Source: an uncultured Lachnospiraceae bacterium
Lineage (GTDB): Bacteria > Bacillota > Clostridia > Oscillospirales > CAG-272
Reading direction: 5' to 3'
Assembly: GCA_964581025.1 (NCBI GenBank)
Contig: CAZONA010000005.1
Location: 19,228 to 51,227, forward strand
DNA length: 32,000 nt
Each line of letters begins with the position of its first letter. The first letter of the stretch is position 1. The position numbers were made by a program, and so were the translations under genes. This document shows, piece by piece, positions 25,482 through 32,000 of the stretch. Under the pieces are notes generated by a model. The model worked only from the letters and a program-made list of their open reading frames with translations, made no database searches and was not told the origin of the DNA.

Positions 25482-26618
25482 TCAAACGGTTCTTCCCTTA
25501 TCTATATAGAACGGAAGCGTTTCGTGTCCGGAGAGCATCTTACCGCTCTTGACGGTAACATCCTTATCGGTAACAACACAATTGAGGTAGACGTCGTCGC
25601 CGGTATAGGTATTCTGAAGAAGTATCGAATTCTTGACGACCGTGCCCTTACCGACTCTTACGCCTCTGAAGAGTATCGAATTTTCGACCACTCCTTCGAT
25701 GACGCAGCCGTCGGCGATGATGGAATTGGTAACCTTGGCGTTTTCCGTATATCTCGTGGGAGCGGAATTGCGAACCTTGGTATATATCGGTCTGTTCTTG
25801 ACGTGGAAAACGAGCTTTCTCTTGCTCGTATCGAGCATTTTCATATTGCAGAAGAAATATTTCTGCATTGAATCAATATAATTGAAATATCCGTCGTACT
25901 CGAATGCGAAGAAGCGGTGGGACTCTATATTCGGTCTGATGATATCACGGGTGAAGCTCGTATATCCTCTTGCCTGCGCCTCTCTGACTGCGGAGATGAG
26001 GTAGGAGCGTTTGACGATCATCATATTCGTTCCTATATGAAGCTCTCCCTCCTCAGTATCGTAGGGTGCGTAATCGGTCATTCTGCCGCCATCGGTGCTG
26101 CTTACTATATTGATATACTTATCGAGCGGGAATTTCAGCTCGTGCGTATTTACGAGCTTCGTGATGACGGTGATATCCGCATCGTTCTCGATATGAAAAT
26201 CTATTGCGTCCGAGAAATCTATATTGCAGATCATATTGCAATCGGTGATGACTATATTATCCGCATCGCAGTTGGCAATAAAGTTCTGAACTCCGATAAG
26301 TCCCTCAAGGCGAGTGGAATAAAGTCTGTCGCCGCCGTGCGAGCCGCTCGTGATAAACGGGGGCAGTATTCTGATACCGCCGGAGCGGCGTGCGAGGTCC
26401 CAGTCCTTACCCGTACCGATATGGTCGAGCAGGGACGAATAATTATTATGCGTGATAACTCCGACGTTGGTAATATCGGAATTTACCATATTGGAAAGAG
26501 CAAAGTCTATAAGGCGGTATCTTCCTCCGAAGGGGATGCTCGCAGTCGTGCGAGGCTTGGTGAGCTCGGGGATCGATCCGTCGTGTACGTTTGAAAAGAT
26601 AAGTCCTGCAGCCTTCAT
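25482..26618 (-). CDS. glgD: Glucose-1-phosphate adenylyltransferase, regulatory GlgD subunit
   Basis: The gene is a paralogue of glgC that lacks the GGxGxRL motif (it reads IPFGGRYRLIDFALSNMVNS). It sits immediately downstream of glgC, as in Firmicutes glg operons. A left-handed beta-helix C-terminus is present. Confidence 0.85.
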   Translation of the reverse strand: MKAAGLIFSNVHDGSIPELTKPRTTASIPFGGRYRLIDFALSNMVNSDITNVGVITHNNYSSLLDHIGTGKDWDLARRSGGIRILPPFITSGSHGGDRLYSTRLEGLIGVQNFIANCDADNIVITDCNMICNIDFSDAIDFHIENDADITVITKLVNTHELKFPLDKYINIVSSTDGGRMTDYAPYDTEEGELHIGTNMMIVKRSYLISAVREAQARGYTSFTRDIIRPNIESHRFFAFEYDGYFNYIDSMQKYFFCNMKMLDTSKRKLVFHVKNRPIYTKVRNSAPTRYTENAKVTNSIIADGCVIEGVVENSILFRGVRVGKGTVVKNSILLQNTYTGDDVYLNCVVTDKDVTVKSGKMLSGHETLPFYIDKGRTV

Positions 26619-26627
26619 ATCATCACC

Positions 26628-27809
26628 TCATTCAGAATATATCATTTGGTTATCGGGAACGTCCTCGCCGTCCGCAACCTTAACGCCTGCACCGATGACG
26701 GTAATGCCCTCGGCACATTCCTTAGGTCTGCCGACCTTGGCGGACGCACCGACGCTGACGTCCGAGTCGAGTATCGAATATTCGACCGTTGCGCCCTCGC
26801 CGACGCTTACGTGGTGCATGAGCACGGAATCCTTCACGACTGCGCCCTTGCCGACGCTTACGCCGTAGCCGAGCACGGAATTTATGACCGTTCCGTATAT
26901 CTCACAGCCCTCGGTGATGGACGAATTTTCGATCACCGCACCCTCGCCGACGTACTGGGGAGCTTCGTTCTCGTGGCGTGAGAACACTCTCTTGCCCTCC
27001 CCGAGATCGAGCACGGGCTTGTCTCCGAGAAGATCCATATTAGCCTCCCAAAGAGATGCGATCGTTCCGACGTCCTTCCAATAGCCCTCAAAGGCGTAGG
27101 CGAACATTCTCTCGCCGTTTGCGAGCATCTTGGGGATTATATTCTTGCCGAAATCGTTGCTCGACGTGGGATCTGCTTCGTCCTCCTCGAGATATTTGTA
27201 AAGCTTTTCAGCCGAGAAAATGTATATTCCCATCGACGCAAGGTCGCTGTCCGGCTGCTTCGGCTTTTCGGTGAATTTATATATCGAATCGTCGGGATTA
27301 ACGCTCATGATTCCGAAGCGGCTCGCTTCCTCCATCGGTACCTTGAGCACGGCGATGGTGCAATCCGCACCCCGCTTCTTGTGGTACTCGAGCATTTTTG
27401 CGTAGTCCATAGTGTAAATGTGGTCGCCCGAGAGGATGAGGACGTACTCCGCCTGATACCTCTTGATAAATTCGATATTCTGATATATCGCATTGGCAGT
27501 TCCCTTGTACCAGTCCGCACCGTCGTGCCCCTGATACGGGGGAAGGATCGAAACGCCGCCGTAGGTTCTGTCAAGATCCCACGGAAGTCCGTTTCCTATG
27601 TATTCATTGAGAACGAGGGGTTGGTATTGCGTAAGGACACCCACGGTGTCGACGCCCGAGTTTATGCAGTTGGAAAGCGGAAAGTCTATTATTCTGAACT
27701 TTCCACCGAATGAAACTGCGGGCTTGGCGGTCTTTTTGGTAAGTGCGTAAAGTCGTGAGCCCTGTCCGCCCGCAAGCAGCATGGCTACACACTCTTTTTT
27801 CTTAAACAT
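26628..27809 (-). CDS. glgC: Glucose-1-phosphate adenylyltransferase
   Basis: The motifs [48 protein letters not shown] and a hexapeptide-repeat C-terminus are present. The start was set at ATG 27809 (MFKKKE...), which has AAGGGAGA upstream, rather than at 27827, which has no RBS. Confidence 0.9.
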   Translation of the reverse strand: MFKKKECVAMLLAGGQGSRLYALTKKTAKPAVSFGGKFRIIDFPLSNCINSGVDTVGVLTQYQPLVLNEYIGNGLPWDLDRTYGGVSILPPYQGHDGADWYKGTANAIYQNIEFIKRYQAEYVLILSGDHIYTMDYAKMLEYHKKRGADCTIAVLKVPMEEASRFGIMSVNPDDSIYKFTEKPKQPDSDLASMGIYIFSAEKLYKYLEEDEADPTSSNDFGKNIIPKMLANGERMFAYAFEGYWKDVGTIASLWEANMDLLGDKPVLDLGEGKRVFSRHENEAPQYVGEGAVIENSSITEGCEIYGTVINSVLGYGVSVGKGAVVKDSVLMHHVSVGEGATVEYSILDSDVSVGASAKVGRPKECAEGITVIGAGVKVADGEDVPDNQMIYSE

Positions 27810-27875
27810 ATCAAAGTCTCCCTTCATAAACGTTATGGACTGCCCCGATAATAACAGGCATACTCATACATTGTT

Positions 27876-27904
27876 ATTATATTACGAAATCTCCGCTTTT
27901 TCAA
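27876..27904 (-). promoter_or_regulatory. Sigma-A promoter of the glg operon
   Basis: The minus strand reads TTGAAA (27904-27899), a 17-nt spacer, then TATAAT (27881-27876). The predicted leader is about 60 nt. Confidence 0.6.
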
Positions 27905-28010
27905 GTGCTTTTTTTATATTTTTGACACATTTTTTCCTTTTTGGTGATATTTCACAAATGCCGCACCCCATATTTGCACTCCTCGCAAGGAAAATCGGGG
28001 GATTTGGGGC

Positions 28011-28042
28011 AAAACAGATACGCCTCGGGTTACCCCGAGGCG
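28011..28042 (-). terminator. Terminator after the T4CP-like ATPase gene
   Basis: The minus strand reads CGCCTCGGG, gtaa, CCCGAGGCG, a 9-bp stem. It is followed by TATCTGTTTT and lies 22 nt downstream of the stop codon. Confidence 0.6.
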
Positions 28043-28063
28043 CACTGATCTTACTTTATTCAA

Positions 28064-29758
28064 TTAAAACCAATCGAAGTCCGTCTTTGTCGATTTGGAC
28101 AGTGCTCTTGCCTCATCCAAGCTCTTCTCTATGTCGTAGACATACATACTCGAGATATAATCTCTGAACGGAACGCTTTCAAGCGGAATAGCCGGCGGAA
28201 CGTCGGTGCGCTTGAAATACGGGAGCATATACGTTTTGAGCCTTTGCGGATTACGCTTGACGTAAAATTCGCCGAGCTGCAACGCCGCAAGGTCGCTCAT
28301 TCTGATAAGGGATACGTCAACGGACGACTGATGCACGGAGAGCTCTCCTCTATTATCCGTATTTGCCGTTGTTTCCGTGCCGATGGTAGAGCCCATGTTC
28401 TTAACGAACGCCTCGTTCGTCTCATAGTTATTTGAGCCGAGAAAGGGCTGTGTATCGCAGTTTATCTCTATCGTCTTTCTCACGTCCTCGCCGTAGACCA
28501 TATCAAGCTGATGCATTGACTGAAGGGCAAGCATCATATAAATTCTCCTCGAGCGAAGAGTGGTTATCTGATTTACGAAGTTCGGCATTTTGGGCATATT
28601 ACAAAACTCATCCGCAAGGATCAAGACGTCGCGGTCAAGTGCATTTTCGTTCCTCTTCTTGCATATATCCGTAAGCTCGCCAAGCAGCTGATCTATGAGC
28701 ATCGAACAAATACTATTGGTACAGTTGCAGCTTTCGTCCGTTACGATGAATATCGCATAGGGCTCGTCGCTGTGAACGGTGGATATGATATCCGACTCAC
28801 GGTCGCTTGCGGTCATTGCGAGAATATTCTCGGTCAGGTACTCCCCGAGCTTTGACGTCATGCTCGCAGTATATCCGTCGCGAGTAACCTTGGCGTTCAT
28901 TCCGACGATATTGATCGCCTGCTGGACGGAAAGATCACTCTTATAACGCTCGAGAAGAGTCAAGAGATCTCTGTAATCGTTGTCGTTATGGAACACCAGC
29001 CTTGCGAGGTTGCTTATCGTAAAGTTATCCACGGTCATTCTCGTATTAGGCTCCGCAGACTCGAGGAGCATCATCCAGATCACGCCCGTGCAGAAGTTTC
29101 TCGCTCCCGATACCCAGCTTGCATCCTTGGGATCGGTAGAAGGAATCAAAACGGTGGCAAAATCCTGCACAAGCTTCGATACCTTGGATATAAGGCGATT
29201 TCTCTCCTCCCTTGCCGCCTCCGCAGCCTCTCGCAAGGTACTGTATTTTCTTCCGTCAAAGGTCCTTCCCACCTTATTCTTCGATATGAGATAGGATATA
29301 TTGAGATACCTATGATAATTCTCGTAGATGGTCTGAAGAGGATTGAAGGGGTTTGACCTATAAGGTCTTGAAAAGTCAAATATCTTGATCTTATAATTTC
29401 TCGCCTCGAGAACTCCGCAAAGATTTCTGTATATCATACCCTTGCTCGTGTCGGTAACGATGAAGCTCGGCTTTTTGTCATCGGGCAGACGGGAAAGCAG
29501 CTCAAGCTGGTTCATAATGTAAACGTAGCTCTTGCCCTTACCGGTCGCACCGACGAGAAGGTTATGAGAATACTTGGTCATCAAAATATTTTCGCCGTCG
29601 AAATATTCGACGAATCCGATATTGTCGGAATCAAGCGTTCTTATGCCCTGAATATCAGTCCAAACTCCGCCCTTTATGTCCTTTCCGGGCTCACATTTCA
29701 CGAGCTCCAACGCTTCGTGGTTTGCAACGTTAAAATTAGTTAAAAAGCTTTTTTTCAT
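28064..29758 (-). CDS. VirD4/TraG-type (type IV coupling protein-like) P-loop ATPase lacking an N-terminal membrane anchor
   Basis: The product is 564 aa. Walker A is HNLLVGATGKGKS (aa 65-77, nt 29528-29551 for the core). Walker B is DVLILADEF (aa 377-385). The C-terminal block LRSRRIYMMLALQSMHQLDMVYGEDVRKTIEINCDTQPFLG is typical of TraG/TraD coupling proteins. Only about 69 hydrophilic residues precede the P-loop. An AGGAGGG RBS lies 8 nt upstream. Confidence 0.8.
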   Translation of the reverse strand: MKKSFLTNFNVANHEALELVKCEPGKDIKGGVWTDIQGIRTLDSDNIGFVEYFDGENILMTKYSHNLLVGATGKGKSYVYIMNQLELLSRLPDDKKPSFIVTDTSKGMIYRNLCGVLEARNYKIKIFDFSRPYRSNPFNPLQTIYENYHRYLNISYLISKNKVGRTFDGRKYSTLREAAEAAREERNRLISKVSKLVQDFATVLIPSTDPKDASWVSGARNFCTGVIWMMLLESAEPNTRMTVDNFTISNLARLVFHNDNDYRDLLTLLERYKSDLSVQQAINIVGMNAKVTRDGYTASMTSKLGEYLTENILAMTASDRESDIISTVHSDEPYAIFIVTDESCNCTNSICSMLIDQLLGELTDICKKRNENALDRDVLILADEFCNMPKMPNFVNQITTLRSRRIYMMLALQSMHQLDMVYGEDVRKTIEINCDTQPFLGSNNYETNEAFVKNMGSTIGTETTANTDNRGELSVHQSSVDVSLIRMSDLAALQLGEFYVKRNPQRLKTYMLPYFKRTDVPPAIPLESVPFRDYISSMYVYDIEKSLDEARALSKSTKTDFDWF

Positions 29759-29782
29759 GAATAATTCCCTCCTGTTAAATCA

Positions 29783-30496
29783 TCAAACGAAGCCTATCTG
29801 GCGTTCGTGCTTCATAATAAATCGAATCGCATTTTCGACCTGCATATCAAGCTCATCAAGTCTTTCTCCGAAAACGGACGGACGCAGACCGTTCAGAGTG
29901 CTTGAAACGTAGGTCGGTACGCTCCACCCGAGGCAGCTGCGATAGATGCTTTCCGCAAGGGAAAAGCTGTAATACGCTCTCTCCTTGTTCCCTATCTCAA
30001 GACAGATCGCACCGAGCAGCTTAACGGCACGTATGGATCCTATACGTGCGAGAAGCTCGAGGTCCTCGAGTGCTCCCTCTACATTTCCGAGCGAATACTG
30101 CTTAAATGCTCTGCTCAAGCGTTCCGAATCGTTCTTAGGGGGTTTGTTGATAACAGCAGAGATGTTTTCAAGCTCGAGATTGCGGATACCGTTCTCGGAA
30201 AGCACCTTCTCAAGCTCCTCAGCCGCACACTTAAGGATGATATTATCGTCCTCCGTGTTGTCAAGGCTGCAGATGAGCAAGAAGTTGCGAGCCGAGCTAA
30301 GGCTGCGGTCTATTCCCTCCGACTCGATGACGTCAAATGCGGCGCAGAACGCCGACCTGTATTCATCGCTCTCGGGGAATATTCCCTCCGATCTCAAAAT
30401 AAGTCCGAGCAGGCTTTTGCGCTGCTCCAAATCATACAAGCCGTCAAATACAGCACGGTAATACGACTTGAATGATTCCGAAAAAATTTTTTTCAT
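29783..30496 (-). CDS. Hypothetical 237-aa helical protein with a TPR/Sel1-like C-terminal segment
   Basis: The ORF has an AAGGAGAG RBS 7 nt upstream. Its stop lies 24 nt before the ATPase start, which suggests coupled expression. I recognise no catalytic motif. The composition looks helical and no signal peptide or TM segment is visible. The segment AFKQYSLGNVEGALEDLELLARIGSIRAVKLLGAICLEIGNKERAYYSFSLAESIY resembles TPR/Sel1 repeats. Confidence 0.6.
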   Translation of the reverse strand: MKKIFSESFKSYYRAVFDGLYDLEQRKSLLGLILRSEGIFPESDEYRSAFCAAFDVIESEGIDRSLSSARNFLLICSLDNTEDDNIILKCAAEELEKVLSENGIRNLELENISAVINKPPKNDSERLSRAFKQYSLGNVEGALEDLELLARIGSIRAVKLLGAICLEIGNKERAYYSFSLAESIYRSCLGWSVPTYVSSTLNGLRPSVFGERLDELDMQVENAIRFIMKHERQIGFV

Positions 30497-30624
30497 GTTT
30501 CTACTCTCCTTTCATTTTTGAGTGGGCAGTCTTATACACCTCCTTTATAGTTTTGGGGAATAATTGCCCCTCGGTCGAGGCATCACGAACACGAGTCGGG
30601 CGATATTTTTCCCCTTCCAATACC

Positions 30625-30652
30625 ATTGTAACACGAAAAATGAAAAAGTCAA
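30625..30652 (-). promoter_or_regulatory. Sigma-A promoter for the 237-aa / ATPase operon
   Basis: The minus strand reads TTGACT (30652-30647), a 16-nt spacer ending in TGt, then TACAAT (30630-30625). The predicted leader is about 120 nt. Confidence 0.55.
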
Positions 30653-30682
30653 TCTAATCGCCGTAAGAGTTGGATGTTGTAC

Positions 30683-30722
30683 AAAATCACCCCCGAAAGC
30701 GAGCTTTCGGGGGTGATTTTTG
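30683..30722. terminator. Strong hairpin terminator between the LRR gene and the downstream operon
   Basis: ATCACCCCCGAAAGC, ga, GCTTTCGGGGGTGAT have perfectly complementary 15-nt arms. TTTTT follows on the plus strand and TTTGT on the minus strand. The hairpin lies 17 nt downstream of the LRR gene stop. Confidence 0.65.
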
Positions 30723-30734
30723 ATATTTGACAGT

Positions 30735-31949
30735 TTATTTACCATCTCTTTTAAGTAGTCGAAAAGGATTTCTCGGCGAGATTTTCGCTTTCTTGTTTGG
30801 ATTGAAAATAAGCTTCGTGCCCGAATCAAAGGCGTTTCCCTCTATGCGCTTAACGTTTTTGGGGATGGTTACGGATTTTAGAGATGGACAGTTTTCGAAT
30901 GCGCCGTCGCCTATTTCTATTACCCCGTTTCCGATGGTTACCCTCCTTAGCGAAGTGCAGCCCCAAAACGCACACTCGCCTATGCTTGTTACGCTATTTG
31001 GTATTTTTATATTAATCAAGGAGCTGCAACACCAGAACGCCAGATTTCCTATATTCATTACGTTCTCCCCGATCGTTACGTTCTTTAATGCAGAGCAAAA
31101 TCCAAATGCACCGTAAGATATACTTACCACGCTGCTCGGTATTACAACACTTGTCAATTTTTCACAAGCGCAGAATGCACCGGCATCTATTATCTTGGTA
31201 TTCAAATTAATATTGAAGCTTTCTATTTCCTTATTCTTAACTCTTACCAATGCTAAATAAGGATTAGTACTATTACCAAGGTAATATGCATTGTCGTATT
31301 CATTGTATTTCAATGAAGGGCAGTCGGAAAATGCCCCCTCGGCAATGCTTTCGACAGTATTCGGTATTTCAATTTTTTTCAGATCACCGCAATTGTAAAA
31401 TGCATTGCGTTCTATTGCTTTTACATAAGGCGGAATAACGCTATTTGCCGTACCGCGAAGTAAGGCGTTATCGGACGTTCTTATTATACAACCGTTCTCC
31501 CACTTGATGTGAGTATTATTTTCTATTTTCGCATCAACAAGATTAACAAGATCAGAAACGTTCTCCGCATATTCAGAGTTATCGTAATGAATGTGAAGAA
31601 ACTTTATATACGGGGATCCGGATTTGAAAACCTTCGAATAAGTATCCCCCGACCTTTTGTTCAAGCAAAGATATTCGTCATCGAGACATCCACCGGTAGC
31701 ACCAAGCAAAATATAGAAATGGCTCAATTTATATTCGTGAGATTTCAAAAGCTCACTTCGGATCATTTCAAGCGTTACGTCGCTCTCGCTTTCTCCAACC
31801 ACTACAAAAGCTTCAGCTAAAAGCCTCGCAAACCGCATTTCCTCACGCCGTCTTTCTTTATATATACGCTCTTCCGGATACATATCCTCATCATCGAAGT
31901 ATGAATCTTCATCATATTCTTCATCGAATCGCTCCTCATAATAAGGCAC
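30735..31949 (-). CDS. BspA-type leucine-rich-repeat (LRR_5) protein with an acidic N-terminus; the 5' end may extend beyond the window
   Basis: The C-terminal half carries repeats of about 23 aa: IPNTVESIAEGAFSDCPSLK, IPSSVVSISYGAFGFCSALKNVTI, IPNSVTSIGECAFWGCTSLRRVTI and IPKNVKRIEGNAFD. The N-terminus is D/E/Y-rich. No signal peptide is seen. The track start is GTG 31949, with GGAGGAG 11 nt upstream. The frame has no stop between 31950 and 32000, so the true start could lie off-window. Confidence 0.72.
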   Translation of the reverse strand: MPYYEERFDEEYDEDSYFDDEDMYPEERIYKERRREEMRFARLLAEAFVVVGESESDVTLEMIRSELLKSHEYKLSHFYILLGATGGCLDDEYLCLNKRSGDTYSKVFKSGSPYIKFLHIHYDNSEYAENVSDLVNLVDAKIENNTHIKWENGCIIRTSDNALLRGTANSVIPPYVKAIERNAFYNCGDLKKIEIPNTVESIAEGAFSDCPSLKYNEYDNAYYLGNSTNPYLALVRVKNKEIESFNINLNTKIIDAGAFCACEKLTSVVIPSSVVSISYGAFGFCSALKNVTIGENVMNIGNLAFWCCSSLINIKIPNSVTSIGECAFWGCTSLRRVTIGNGVIEIGDGAFENCPSLKSVTIPKNVKRIEGNAFDSGTKLIFNPNKKAKISPRNPFRLLKRDGK

Positions 31950-32000
31950 TTCGGGCAGCTCTCCTCCAAGCTTGCTTTTTATATACGCTGCGAGGAAAAA

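Noticed and set aside
27921-27950. A plus-strand promoter-like sequence, TTGACA, 17 nt, TGgTGATAT. It points into the antisense strand of the ATPase gene.
   Set aside because: The -10 is poor, with 3 of 6 matches, and no downstream plus-strand ORF or structured RNA is evident. It lies within the AT-rich glgC upstream region, where such matches arise by chance.
28064-29758. Calling the T4CP-like gene evidence for an integrative conjugative element or mobile element feature.
   Set aside because: A single coupling-protein-like gene is insufficient without a relaxase, VirB4, integrase, oriT or terminal repeats in view. The missing membrane anchor also argues against a standard conjugation role. 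No mobile_element feature is reported for this reason.
30497-30624. A leader of about 120 nt on the 237-aa/ATPase operon. It contains a second SD-like AAAGGAGG, small hairpins (GGGGcaattattCCCC, CCTCGacCGAGG) and a 4-codon mini-ORF (ATG AAA GGA GAG TAG) overlapping the real RBS. This raised the possibility of a riboswitch or attenuator.
   Set aside because: I recognise no known riboswitch consensus. The hairpins are short and no terminator or antiterminator pair is evident. It is mentioned within the main finding rather than claimed as a regulatory element.

Overview
This is a chromosomal segment from a Gram-positive, Clostridia-like genome. Supporting signs are GGAGG-type ribosome-binding sites (RBS), near-consensus sigma-A promoters, a glgD gene and a yaaT/ricT gene. 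Hand counts put the core genes at roughly 55% G+C.

Gene order, left to right:
- typA/bipA (minus strand, 3' end runs off the window)
- HAD phosphatase, then PAP2 phosphatase
- holB, then ricT (PSP1 domain)
- a monocistronic 2x[4Fe-4S] ferredoxin
- TrmN6-like methyltransferase, TtcA-like PP-loop ATPase, NAD(P)H-hydrate dehydratase
- a convergent minus-strand operon of GH3 beta-glucosidase, GPH transporter and GH78 alpha-L-rhamnosidase, with a divergent AraC regulator
- a dense short-motif and hairpin region
- tmRNA (ssrA), preceded on the minus strand by a lipoprotein gene, smpB and a DUF1846 gene
- the glycogen operon glgC-glgD-glgA-glgP-GH13 (minus strand)
- a non-core tail from about 28.0 kb to the window end

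The tail holds a two-gene operon encoding a 237-aa helical protein and a VirD4/TraG-type coupling-protein-like ATPase that lacks the usual membrane anchor. Upstream of it is an AT-rich gene for a BspA-type leucine-rich-repeat protein with no signal peptide. This tail is the best candidate for an undescribed system, possibly defence or DNA handling.

Secondary curiosities:
- an ATGAAATC/GATTTCAT motif and hairpin cluster abutting the 3' end of ssrA
- a perfect 16-bp inverted repeat over the ssrA promoter
- a DUF1846 gene embedded in the trans-translation locus
- a GPH transporter with a roughly 165-aa coiled-coil tail
- a lipoprotein with tandem His/Cys modules

No transposase, integrase, CRISPR array, rRNA or tRNA was recognised. 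All calls come from reading the sequence and from motif memory; no database search was run.
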